From an uncultured bacterium (GTDB lineage Bacteria > Verrucomicrobiota > Kiritimatiellia > CAIKKV01 > CAITUY01): DNA of 64,000 bases. Every line of letters begins with the position of its first letter. Positions within the stretch are counted from its first letter, which is position 1. The notes below the pieces were generated by a model, which worked only from the letters and a program-made list of their open reading frames with translations, did no database searches and was not told the origin of the DNA. Below are positions 21,112 to 29,664 of this stretch, in pieces. A program made the position numbers and the translations under genes. Where the stretch lies: assembly GCA_903895695.1 (NCBI GenBank), contig CAITUY010000085.1, positions 25,052 to 89,051 on the forward strand. Reading direction: 5' to 3'.

Positions 21112-21813
21112 ATGCAGCTTGGCGTAAGAGATGTGGCTCGGATTCTGAATGTGTCCGAGAAGTCGATTTACCGATGGATTCAGCACGGGCAGTTGCCCGC
21201 TTACCGGGTCAACGAACAGTATCGGTTCAACCGATCGGAGCTCCTGGAGTGGGCCAATGCGCGCAAGATCAACGTCTCGGCCGAGATCTTCAAGGAGCCG
21301 GACACCACCACCGAGATGATGCCGGACCTGGCCGATGCGATCGAGGCCGGCGGCATTTTCTACCGGCTGGAGGGGCGGGATACCGAGTCGGCGCTCAAGG
21401 CGGTCGTGGGCGTGATGCACCTGCCCCAAGACGTCGACCGCGAGTTCCTCCTGCGCGTGCTGATGGCCCGCGAGTCCATGGCCTCGACCGGCATCGGCGA
21501 TGGCATAGCCATTCCACACGTCCGCAACCCGATCGTGCTGGCCGTCCACCAACCGACCATCTGTCTCTGTTTTCTGGAGCATCCCGTCGAATTCGGCGCG
21601 CTCGACGGCCAGCCCGTGAACACACTGTTCACCCTGATCAGTCCGACCGTTCGCGTGCACCTCTACCTCTTGTCTCGACTGGCGTTTGCCCTCCAGCAGC
21701 CGGGCTTCCGGGACGTGGTGCGGCGGCAGGCGCCGCGGGAGGAGATTGTGCCGGCATTACGGGCTGCTGAAGCGGCCGTGGCGCAGGCCAAGGCGGAGAA
21801 GGCGGCCGGGTGA
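21112..21813 (+). CDS. Transcriptional regulator: excisionase/MerR-like HTH fused to PTS EIIA(Ntr)-type phosphorylatable domain
   Basis: N-term MQLGVRDVARILNVSEKSIYRWIQHGQLPAYRVNEQYRFNRSELLEW (HTH_17). C-term LMARESMASTGIGDGIAIPHVRN matches the PtsN/EIIA-Ntr active-site His box. Stop overlaps GTG start of hyfB-1 (GTGA). Confidence 0.7.
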   Translation: MQLGVRDVARILNVSEKSIYRWIQHGQLPAYRVNEQYRFNRSELLEWANARKINVSAEIFKEPDTTTEMMPDLADAIEAGGIFYRLEGRDTESALKAVVGVMHLPQDVDREFLLRVLMARESMASTGIGDGIAIPHVRNPIVLAVHQPTICLCFLEHPVEFGALDGQPVNTLFTLISPTVRVHLYLLSRLAFALQQPGFRDVVRRQAPREEIVPALRAAEAAVAQAKAEKAAG

Positions 21814-23810
21814 GCGGCCTGCTGGTCAGCCTGATTCTGCTTCTAACCGCGTCGGCCCTGCCGCTGGCGGCGTGGCGGCGCCCGGCCCTGGCCTCGCGGC
21901 TTGGTTCCTGGGGCGGGGCCGCGGCGTGCGGCGTCGGCCTGGCTAGTTCGATCGCGGCGTTCGCCGGCAGCGTGACAGCCTCGCGCGCCTGGCCCTGGGT
22001 GACCCCGGTCGGCGGCGCGTTCAGCCTGGCGTTGGATCCGTTGAGCGCTTTCTTCCTGATCCCCATGTTCCTTGTCTGTGGACTCGGGGCCGTCTACGGC
22101 CGGGCCTATCTGGCCGGCGATGAAGGCCGTCTGGCGCTTGGTCCCTCCTGGTGTTTCTATAATCTCCTGACCGCCAGCATGATCGTCGTGCTTACCGCCT
22201 CCAACGCGTTGCTTTTCCTGGTGAGTTGGGAGGTGATGACGCTGGCGTCGTTTTTCCTGGTGACGTACGACCACGACCGCGCCGAGAGCCGTCTGGCTGG
22301 CCGTCTCTACCTCATTGCCGCGCATATCGGTACGGCATTTCTTGTCGTTTTCGTGCTGCTGGGCCGGCGTTACACGGGCACGCTGGACATGTCGCAATGG
22401 CCGGCGGCATTTGCCGGGATTCCGGCCGCGCGCCTGGGGCTGCTCTTCGTCTGCCTCGTGATCGGCTTTGGCACCAAAGCGGGCTTCATGCCGCTGCACG
22501 TCTGGCTGCCCGAGGCGCACCCGGCGGCTCCGAGCCATGTCTCGGCCGTGATGTCGGGTGTCATGATCAAGACCGGCATTTACGGGCTGCTGCGGTTCGG
22601 CACGATGCTGGGCACGCCGGCGCTCTGGTGGGGCGGCCTGCTCGTGGCCGTCGGCCTGGCGTCGTGCGTGTTCGGGATTCTGTTCGCCCTCGCGCAGCAG
22701 GATATCAAGCGGCAACTCGCGTATTCGAGCGTCGAGAACATGGGTATCGTTGCCTTGGCGCTCGGCGTCGCGTTGGTCGCCCGGGCACTGCAACTGCCGA
22801 CGGTCGCGCTGCTGGCTCTCGCGGCGGCCCTGCTGCACGTGCTGAACCATGCGGTCTTCAAGAGCCTGCTATTTTTTGGCGCCGGGGCGATTTACCGCGC
22901 CACGCACACCCGTAATCTCGATGCGCTGGGCGGGCTGCTTAAGCGCATGCCGCGGCTCGGGCTGGGCCTGATCGTCGGCGCGGCCGCCATCAGCGCCCTG
23001 CCTCCATTCAACGGGTTCGTGGGCGAATTCCTGCTCTACCGCGCTGCAGTGCTCGGCCTGAACTCCGACGCTGACGCCGGGATGATCCTGCTCGCGGCGA
23101 TCGGGGGCCTGGCCCTCACCGGGGGGCTGGCGGCTGCCTGTTTCACGCGTCTGGTCGGGGTGGCCCTGCTCGGGGAACCGCGCACGCCTGAAGCGGCGGC
23201 CGCCGTAGAGCCGGCCGGCGCCTTTCGGTGGCCGGTCACGATCCTGGCGGCGCTGTGCCTGGCGCTCGGAGTGCTGGGGCCATTTCTGGTTGTCCGCCTG
23301 GCGCCGCTCCTCTCCCTGCTGAGCGGCGATCCGCTGGCGAAGGTGTCGGGGTTGCTGGCCCCGGAAACCGGTCCGCTGACGGCCGTGACGCTCATGGCCT
23401 TGCTTGTCCTCGCGCTTGTGGTCATCGTGGCCTGGGCGCGGCACGGCTTGCTCCGCGGCCGCGACGTGCGCGAGGCCGGTACCTGGGATTGCGGCTATGC
23501 CCGCCCCACGGCCCGCATGCAGTACACGGCCACCTCGTTCGCACAGCCCCTCGTGGGGCTTTTCGTCCGGCTCCTGCGTAGCCGGCGCCGCTACGCCATC
23601 GCGCCTGGCCTGTTTCCCGCTTCCGCCTCGCTGAATGCCGAGACCCGCGACGTGGTGCGGGAACGCGTGTTCACGCCGGTGTTCCAGTTCGTCGACCGGT
23701 GGCTGTCGTTTCTGAAATGGCTCCAGTCTGGCCGTGTTCAGCTCTACATTCTCTACATCGTGATCACCCTGCTGGGGCTCTTGTTCTGGACTCTGAGGGG
23801 GGGCGCATGA
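21810..23810 (+). CDS. hyfB: Hyf/Mbh-type antiporter-like membrane subunit (HyfB/NuoL-like), cluster 1
   Basis: 666 aa polytopic protein; HVWLPEAHPAAPSHVSAVMSGVMIKTGIYG signature of the complex-I antiporter-like family; GTG start. Confidence 0.8.
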   Translation: MSGLLVSLILLLTASALPLAAWRRPALASRLGSWGGAAACGVGLASSIAAFAGSVTASRAWPWVTPVGGAFSLALDPLSAFFLIPMFLVCGLGAVYGRAYLAGDEGRLALGPSWCFYNLLTASMIVVLTASNALLFLVSWEVMTLASFFLVTYDHDRAESRLAGRLYLIAAHIGTAFLVVFVLLGRRYTGTLDMSQWPAAFAGIPAARLGLLFVCLVIGFGTKAGFMPLHVWLPEAHPAAPSHVSAVMSGVMIKTGIYGLLRFGTMLGTPALWWGGLLVAVGLASCVFGILFALAQQDIKRQLAYSSVENMGIVALALGVALVARALQLPTVALLALAAALLHVLNHAVFKSLLFFGAGAIYRATHTRNLDALGGLLKRMPRLGLGLIVGAAAISALPPFNGFVGEFLLYRAAVLGLNSDADAGMILLAAIGGLALTGGLAAACFTRLVGVALLGEPRTPEAAAAVEPAGAFRWPVTILAALCLALGVLGPFLVVRLAPLLSLLSGDPLAKVSGLLAPETGPLTAVTLMALLVLALVVIVAWARHGLLRGRDVREAGTWDCGYARPTARMQYTATSFAQPLVGLFVRLLRSRRRYAIAPGLFPASASLNAETRDVVRERVFTPVFQFVDRWLSFLKWLQSGRVQLYILYIVITLLGLLFWTLRGGA

Positions 23811-24718
23811 ACGGGCGCGGCTTGATCCATTACGCGCTGGCGCTGCTGCTGGCCCCGCTGCTGCTGGGCGTGATCAATCGCGTCAAGGCGGCCTTTGCCG
23901 GGCGCCGGGGCCAGCCGGTGCTGCAGCCCTACTACGACCTCGTCAAGCTGCTGCAGAAGGGCGCTGTCTACAGTCGGACCACCACGTGGGTCTTCCGGGC
24001 GGGCCCGGTCGTGACGCTTGCCGCACTGCTCGCGGCGCTGGCCCTGGTGCCGTTCGCGGGACAGGCCGGCCCGTTGTCGTTCCAGGGCGACGTGATCGTC
24101 TGTGTTTATCTGCTCGGACTGGCGCGCTTCTTCACAGTGCTGGCCGCGCTCGATACGGGGTCGGCCTTCGAGGGGATGGGGGCGAGCCGGGAAGTGCAGT
24201 TCTCGGCGCTGGCCGAGCCGGCATTGCTCGTCGGGCTGGTCGTGCTCGGACGGCAGACGAGCACGGCGTCGCTGGGTCCCATGTTTGCGGCTGTGGGGCC
24301 GGCGCTGTGGATGACCGCCGGTACGACGCTGGCCCTGCTTGCGGTGGCCTTCTTCATCGTGCTGTTGTCCGAGAACTCGCGCGTGCCGTTCGACGATCCC
24401 AATACGCATCTCGAGCTGACGATGATCCACGAGGTCATGGTGCTCGACCACGGCGGGCCGGACTTCGGACTGATTTTGTACGGCTCGGCGCTCAAGCTTT
24501 GGATCTTCAGCGCCTTTGTCGCGGGACTGGTCGTGCCGTACCGCTGCGGCAACGGCTGGGTCGACACGGCGGCGGCCGTCGGCGCGCTGCTCCTGACGGC
24601 GTTGGTGGTCGGCACGGTGGAATCGTGCATGGCGCGGTTGCGTCTGCTGCGCGTGCCGCACTTGCTGATCAGCGCGACCGTGGCGGCCGTGCTGGCATTT
24701 TTGTTGATGACGAGGTGA
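23807..24718 (+). CDS. hyfC: HyfC/HycD (NuoH-like) membrane subunit, cluster 1
   Basis: LQPYYDLVKLLQKG...ENSRVPFDDPNTHLELTMIHEVMVLDHGGP; ATGA overlap with hyfB-1. Confidence 0.8.
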   Translation: MNGRGLIHYALALLLAPLLLGVINRVKAAFAGRRGQPVLQPYYDLVKLLQKGAVYSRTTTWVFRAGPVVTLAALLAALALVPFAGQAGPLSFQGDVIVCVYLLGLARFFTVLAALDTGSAFEGMGASREVQFSALAEPALLVGLVVLGRQTSTASLGPMFAAVGPALWMTAGTTLALLAVAFFIVLLSENSRVPFDDPNTHLELTMIHEVMVLDHGGPDFGLILYGSALKLWIFSAFVAGLVVPYRCGNGWVDTAAAVGALLLTALVVGTVESCMARLRLLRVPHLLISATVAAVLAFLLMTR

Positions 24719-24722
24719 ACCG

Positions 24723-25388
24723 GTGACGTCGTGGCTTGATATTGTGATGGTGCTGCTGTTCCTGACCGACCTGGGCCTGCTCGGGTCGAGCCGGCTGGGC
24801 GTCTACGTGCGCCTGGCGGCCGTGCAGGGCGTGCTCGTGGGGGTGCTGCCCCTGCTGGTGCAGCACACGCTGGCGCTTGAAACCGTCGCCGTTGCCGCGG
24901 GCACGATCGCCGTCAAGAGCGTGTTGTTCCCCTGGCTCATGGCGCGGATCATGCGCGGCTTCGATGACCGTCGCGAACGGCAGCCGTACCTGGGTTACAC
25001 GGTGTCGCTCGTGTTGGGCGTGCTGGCGGTGGGCGCGGCCCTGTGGATCAGTCGGCGCCTGCCCGAGTCCGGGGCCGGTGGCCTGGCGGCCCACGGCTTC
25101 CTGATGCCCGCGGCCTTGTTCTCCATATTCACCGGCCTCATCCTGCTGGTCACGCGGCGCAAGGCCGTGACCCAGGTGCTGGGCTATCTTGTGATGGAAA
25201 ACGGCATCTACGTGGCCGGCATGGTACTGGTGCCGGAGTCGACGTTCCTGGTGGAGTTGGGGGTGCTGCTGGACTTGTTCGTGGGCGTGTTCCTCATGGG
25301 GATCATGATTTTCCACATCCAGCGTGAATTCGATCATATCGATACGGACCAACTGGCGGCCTTGAAGGATTGGGGGGGCGAGCCGTGA
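24723..25388 (+). CDS. hyfE: HyfE-like small membrane subunit, cluster 1
   Basis: 221 aa, ~6 TM; LGYLVMENGIYVAG motif shared with paralog at 32680; GTG start. Confidence 0.7.
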   Translation: MTSWLDIVMVLLFLTDLGLLGSSRLGVYVRLAAVQGVLVGVLPLLVQHTLALETVAVAAGTIAVKSVLFPWLMARIMRGFDDRRERQPYLGYTVSLVLGVLAVGAALWISRRLPESGAGGLAAHGFLMPAALFSIFTGLILLVTRRKAVTQVLGYLVMENGIYVAGMVLVPESTFLVELGVLLDLFVGVFLMGIMIFHIQREFDHIDTDQLAALKDWGGEP

Positions 25389-25404
25389 GGCGGCGCCGAC
25401 GCTC

Positions 25405-26880
25405 ATGCTGAGAGAACTGGTCATGTTGCCGGCCGGGGCCGGATTGATGGCGTTCTTCGTGCGTTCGCACGGGTGGCGTCGCGGCCTGCTCGTGGCGGCT
25501 GCCGTCGCGCACCTGGGCCTCACCGTCCGGGCGTGGGTCGCGCCGCCGGCCGTCGGCGGCTTCTGGCTGGGCCTGGACCCGCTCGGGCTCCTGTTCCTGA
25601 CCATCGTCAGCGTGCTGTTCATGGCCTGCGCCGTGTATGCCGTCGGCTACCTGGGCCGCGAGGACCACCAGCAGGAAAAGGCCGATCTTGAGGAGGGCCT
25701 GCTGTTCAGCAACCAGCCCGAGGCCGTGTTTACCGGATGCATGCTGCTGTTCCTGTCCATGATGTCGCTCGTGTGCCTGAGCCGGCATCTGGGCCTGCTC
25801 TGGGTGGCGATCGAGGCCACCACGCTCACGAGTGCGCCGCTGATCTACTACCACCGGCATCACCGCTCGCTCGAGGCGGCTTGGAAGTACATGCTGATTT
25901 GTTCGGTCGGCATCGGGTTGGCCTTGCTCGGCAACTTCTTCCTGGCCGTGGCCTTCACGCCCGCGGGCGGGGTGACGCCGGCGCTTGGACTGGACGGTCT
26001 GCTGACTGCCACGGTGGGGACGCGCGGCGTGTGGCTGAAGGTGGCCTTCGTGTTCATCGTCGTGGGCTACGGCACGAAGATGGGCCTGGCACCCATGCAC
26101 ACGTGGCTGCCCGATGCCCACAGCGAGTCGCCGTCCGTGGTTTCGGCCCTGCTGTCGGGGGCGCTGCTGAATTGCGCCTTCCTGGGCATTTTGCGCGTAT
26201 GGCAGGTGCTCGTGCACACGGGTCAGGCCGATTTCGCCCAACCCATCATGATCGGGTTCGGCCTGGCGTCGATGGCGGTCGCCGCTGTCTTCATCCTGGG
26301 TCAACCCGACTATAAGCGCCTGCTCGCCTATTCCAGCGTGGAGCACATGGGTATCCTGGCGCTCGGTGTCGGCCTCGGCGGCGCCGCCGTGTTCGGTAGC
26401 CTGCTGCACGCCGTGAACCACTCGTTGACGAAGTGCATGCTGTTCCTCACAGCCGGCAACATACTGGCCGTATACCGTACCAAGGAGTGCGGCAAGGCGC
26501 GCGGATTGCTGCGCGTGATGCCGGTCACGGGCGTGCTCTGGATCGCGGGCTTCCTGGCCATCACCGGCACGCCGCCGTTCGGCGTGTTCCTGAGCAAATT
26601 CATCGTGCTGAGCGCCGCGTTCAACAGCGGCCATCCGGTCATCGGCGTCGTCGCGCTGGCCCTGCTGGCCGTGATCTTCGTGGGCCTCTGCGTGATCGTG
26701 CTGCGCATGGGGCAGGGCGAACGCAGCGATGCGGTGCCGGAGGCGGTGCGCGAGCCCCTGTGGTCGATGATTCCGCCCGTGCTGCTCGGACTGGCCGTGC
26801 TTGCGCTGGGCCTGTGGTTGCCGAAGCCGCTGGAGACGGTCCTGCAGGCCGCCGCCAGGAGTTTGGGAGGCGGGCTGTAA
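25405..26880 (+). CDS. hyfF: HyfF (NuoN/M-like) antiporter-like membrane subunit, cluster 1
   Basis: HTWLPDAHSESPSVVSALLSGALLNCAFLG; 491 aa. Confidence 0.8.
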   Translation: MLRELVMLPAGAGLMAFFVRSHGWRRGLLVAAAVAHLGLTVRAWVAPPAVGGFWLGLDPLGLLFLTIVSVLFMACAVYAVGYLGREDHQQEKADLEEGLLFSNQPEAVFTGCMLLFLSMMSLVCLSRHLGLLWVAIEATTLTSAPLIYYHRHHRSLEAAWKYMLICSVGIGLALLGNFFLAVAFTPAGGVTPALGLDGLLTATVGTRGVWLKVAFVFIVVGYGTKMGLAPMHTWLPDAHSESPSVVSALLSGALLNCAFLGILRVWQVLVHTGQADFAQPIMIGFGLASMAVAAVFILGQPDYKRLLAYSSVEHMGILALGVGLGGAAVFGSLLHAVNHSLTKCMLFLTAGNILAVYRTKECGKARGLLRVMPVTGVLWIAGFLAITGTPPFGVFLSKFIVLSAAFNSGHPVIGVVALALLAVIFVGLCVIVLRMGQGERSDAVPEAVREPLWSMIPPVLLGLAVLALGLWLPKPLETVLQAAARSLGGGL

Positions 26881-26882
26881 TT

Positions 26883-28469
26883 ATGAGCACCCCCCGAACT
26901 CTGCGCATGGGCGAAGCCGTTCCCTTGGCCGAGATTCCGCGTCTCGACACCGCTGGATTCCGCGCCCGGGTGACCGACGTGGCCTGGCGTCTGCGCCTTG
27001 TCGCCCTCTTCGGTCGCCCCTCCTACGCCTTGACGGCTTCGGAGGGCAGGCCCTCGTCCTCTTCGGTGGCTGCGGAGGGCCAGTCTGCGGTCGAACCCGG
27101 GGCGCCGGTGACGCTCACTGCGATCTTTGCGGATGACCGCAACGGCCAGATGCAGGCGTTTTCGACGGACGTGGGGGCGTCGTACCCGGCGCTGACGCCC
27201 GACTGCCCCCAGGCCAACGGATTCGAGCGCGAAATCGCCGAGCAGTGGGGTGTGCGGCCTGAAGGGCACCCGTGGCTCAAGCCGCTCCGCTATCACCGTT
27301 CCGCTGTGCCGGGCCGTGACGCGTGGGGCCGCGCCCCAGGGACGGCGATAGAGCCGTCCGTGACCGATTTCTTCCGCGTGGAAGGCGAGGCCGTCCACGA
27401 GGTAGCGGTGGGCCCCGTGCATGCCGGCGTCATTGAGCCCGGCCATTTTCGGTTCCAGTGTTTTGGCGAGACCGTGCTGCACCTCGAGATCGCACTGGGT
27501 TACCAGCATCGCGGCGTGGAGCAGGCGCTGCGCCACGGCGACGCGCGGCGCGTGATGCCTTACATGGAAACGCTGGCCGGCGACACGACCATCGGCCACG
27601 CCACGGCCTATGCCCAGGCCCTCGAGTCCGCCGCCGGCGCCCGGGTGTCCGCGCGGGCCCATGCCCTGCGGGCCGTGGCCTTGGAACTCGAACGCCTGGC
27701 CAACCACACCGGCGATCTCGGCGCGCTGGCGGGCGACGTAGCCTTCCTGCCCACGATGTCCTACTGCGGCCGGATCCGCGGCGATTTTCTGAACATGACG
27801 GCCCTGATCTGCGGCAACCGGTTCGGGCGCGGACTGGTGCGGCCGGGCGGCGTGCGTTGGGATCTCGACCCGGCCCGCAAAGACGAACTGTTGTCGCGCC
27901 TGGCGGCCGCCGAGGCTGACACCAAGAGCGCGGTCGAGCTGATGTTCGACTCGCCGTCGGTGCTGGCCAGGTTCGAGGAAACCGGCACCGTGTCCTTCGA
28001 CGAGTGCGAGTCGCTCGGGCTCGTCGGGCCTGCAGCGCGAGCCTGCGGCGCCGAACGCGACGTGCGACAGGATTTCCCCGGCGGGATGTACCGGTTTCAG
28101 CAGATCCCGGTGGGAACGTGGAGCACCGGCGACGTATTTGGCCGCGCCTTCGTGCGCTGGCTGGAAATCCAGCGTTCCATCGCGTTCATTCGCGAGGTGC
28201 TGCAGACGCTGCCGGAGGGCGACGTGCTGGCGCCCTGCGGCCCGCTGGCGCCGGACAGCCTCGTGGTCTCCCTGGTCGAGGGGTGGCGGGGCGAGGTCGC
28301 CCACGTGCTGATCACCGGGGCGCAAGGACAGCGCGAGTTCTACAAGATTGTGGACCCTTCGTTCCATAACTGGATGGGCCTGGCGATCGCGATGCGAGAC
28401 CAGGCGATCTCCGATTTCCCGATCTGCAACAAGAGCTTCAACCTTTCGTACTGCGGGCACGATTTGTGA
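26883..28469 (+). CDS. Group-4 hydrogenase large-subunit homolog (fused NuoC-NuoD/HycE-like) lacking both NiFe-binding CxxC motifs (Ehr-like), cluster 1
   Basis: NuoC-like N-domain plus NuoD/HycE-like domain (VGPVHAGVIEPGHFRF). At the position of the paralog's N-terminal ERMCGVCSLSHG this protein has METLAGDTTIGHA. C-terminus CNKSFNLSYCGHDL replaces NKSFELCYSCTDR. Confidence 0.75.
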   Translation: MSTPRTLRMGEAVPLAEIPRLDTAGFRARVTDVAWRLRLVALFGRPSYALTASEGRPSSSSVAAEGQSAVEPGAPVTLTAIFADDRNGQMQAFSTDVGASYPALTPDCPQANGFEREIAEQWGVRPEGHPWLKPLRYHRSAVPGRDAWGRAPGTAIEPSVTDFFRVEGEAVHEVAVGPVHAGVIEPGHFRFQCFGETVLHLEIALGYQHRGVEQALRHGDARRVMPYMETLAGDTTIGHATAYAQALESAAGARVSARAHALRAVALELERLANHTGDLGALAGDVAFLPTMSYCGRIRGDFLNMTALICGNRFGRGLVRPGGVRWDLDPARKDELLSRLAAAEADTKSAVELMFDSPSVLARFEETGTVSFDECESLGLVGPAARACGAERDVRQDFPGGMYRFQQIPVGTWSTGDVFGRAFVRWLEIQRSIAFIREVLQTLPEGDVLAPCGPLAPDSLVVSLVEGWRGEVAHVLITGAQGQREFYKIVDPSFHNWMGLAIAMRDQAISDFPICNKSFNLSYCGHDL

Positions 28470-28475
28470 AGAGGG

Positions 28476-28640
28476 TCATTAGAGGCTATCCGAAAACTTG
28501 TCTGCCTCTTCTGGGAGCGGCGCGGCTTCCCGCGCCGGCCTGCCCTGAGCGCCATCGAAGGGCCGGAGCCGGAAGCGGCTCCGCTCCATGTGGCAAAGGG
28601 GTTTTCGGACAGGCTCTTATTGGACATTGGAGATTGGGCA
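28476..28640. repeat. Copy B of the palindromic intergenic repeat family, between the large- and small-subunit genes of cluster 1
   Basis: AGAGGCTATCCGAAAACTTGTCTGCCTCTTCTGGGAGCGGCGCGGCTTCCCGCGCCGGCCTGCCCTGAGCGCCATCGAAGGGCCGGAGCCGGAAGCGGCTCCGCTCCATGTGGCAAAGGGGTTTTCGGACAGGCTCTTATTGG; nested hairpins CGGCGCG/CGCGCCG and GGAGCCG/CGGCTCC. Confidence 0.8.
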
Positions 28641-28659
28641 TTAGTCATTGGGGCCAGGT

Positions 28660-29433
28660 ATGTTGAGTGTCATCAAAGCGCGGGCGAAGCAGAAGTATCG
28701 CACGAGCCGGTACCCGGCCGAGGCGCCGGTGATGCCGGATCGTTTCCAGGGACTGCCCGAGGTGAAGCCGGACGCCTGCGGCGCGGACTGCCAGGCGGGT
28801 TGCGTGCAGGCGTGTCCCGTGGGCGCCGTCTCGCGCGGGGGGGGCCGGCTGGCCGTCGACCTGGGGCGTTGCCTGTTCTGCGGCGAATGCGAGCGCGCCT
28901 GCCCGCACGGTTGCATTCGGTTTACCCGCGATCACGCGCTGGCGGCCCGATCCCGCGAGGCGTTTGTGCGTGACGGCGGGCCCAAGCCGCTGGCCGCCGC
29001 GCTCGACGGCCGCCTGCGAAAACTGTACGGCCGGTCCCTCAAGCTGCGCCAGGTCAGCGCGGGCGGGTGCAACGCCTGCGAGGCGGACTGCAACGTGCTC
29101 GGCACGCTCGTCTTCGACTTGGGCCGCTTCGGCATCCAGTTCGTCGCGTCGCCGCGGCACGCCGACGGGCTTCTCATTACCGGGCCGGTGACGAAGAACA
29201 TGGAGCTGGCCCTGCGCAAGACTTACGACGCCGTGCCCGAGCCGCGCATCGTCATCGCGGTCGGCGCCTGCGCGATCGCCGGCGGTCCCTACATCGACCA
29301 TGATGAGGTTCGCAATGGCGCCGCGAGCGTGGTGCCGGTCGACCTCTACGTGCCGGGCTGCCCGCCCAATCCCTGGACCATCCTCGACGGCCTCCTGCGC
29401 CTGCTTGGCCGGATCCCAGATCACGCCGGGTGA
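28660..29433 (+). CDS. Fusion of 2x[4Fe-4S] ferredoxin-like domain (HyfH/NuoI-like) and hydrogenase small subunit (HyfI/HycG/NuoB-like), cluster 1
   Basis: N-term CGADCQAGCVQACP (unusual Cx3Cx3Cx3CP) and canonical CLFCGECERACP. C-term NuoB-like with proximal-cluster Cys GGCNACE...VGACAIAGG...VPGCPP. ATG 28660 preferred over TTG 28648. Confidence 0.75.
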   Translation: MLSVIKARAKQKYRTSRYPAEAPVMPDRFQGLPEVKPDACGADCQAGCVQACPVGAVSRGGGRLAVDLGRCLFCGECERACPHGCIRFTRDHALAARSREAFVRDGGPKPLAAALDGRLRKLYGRSLKLRQVSAGGCNACEADCNVLGTLVFDLGRFGIQFVASPRHADGLLITGPVTKNMELALRKTYDAVPEPRIVIAVGACAIAGGPYIDHDEVRNGAASVVPVDLYVPGCPPNPWTILDGLLRLLGRIPDHAG

Positions 29434-29569
29434 TAGTGACGACGGAACTCGGTCTTCCAAGCTGCAGACTCGTGTTTCGGCCTTTTCGAGCCGCGTGCAC
29501 CGGTACGAGAACGTTGTCGCCCCGTCTTGCTCTTCGTCCTAGCTGAGGATCTGGTCATCTGCTGCGTCC

Positions 29570-29598
29570 TTGTAGCTTGCACGTCAGTCGGGTATATA
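29570..29598 (+). promoter_or_regulatory. Candidate sigma70-like promoter for the second hyf-like cluster in a 230-nt lower-GC, G/T-rich spacer
   Basis: TTGTAG (29570-29575) - 17 nt - TATATA (29593-29598), ~65 nt upstream of ATG 29665; the only AT-rich patch between the two clusters. Confidence 0.35.
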
Positions 29599-29664
29599 TG
29601 GTTTGTTTGACTTTGCTTGGTTGTGTCTGTCGGGTGTTGAGTTGGCTGCGGTTTGGCAGGACTG

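Noticed and set aside
21843-22850. Minus-strand ORFs inside the hyf-like clusters (here 335 aa; also 22869-23444, 26328-28460, 31837-32550, 33945-34970)
   Set aside because: Antisense to polytopic membrane subunit and hydrogenase genes with strong family signatures; compositionally Arg/Gln/His-rich.
29434-29664. Possible small protein or sRNA gene in the spacer between hyf-like clusters
   Set aside because: No ORF with RBS. The TTG-initiated extension of hyfB-2 at 29653 is more simply explained as 5' UTR. The sRNA idea cannot be assessed from sequence alone.
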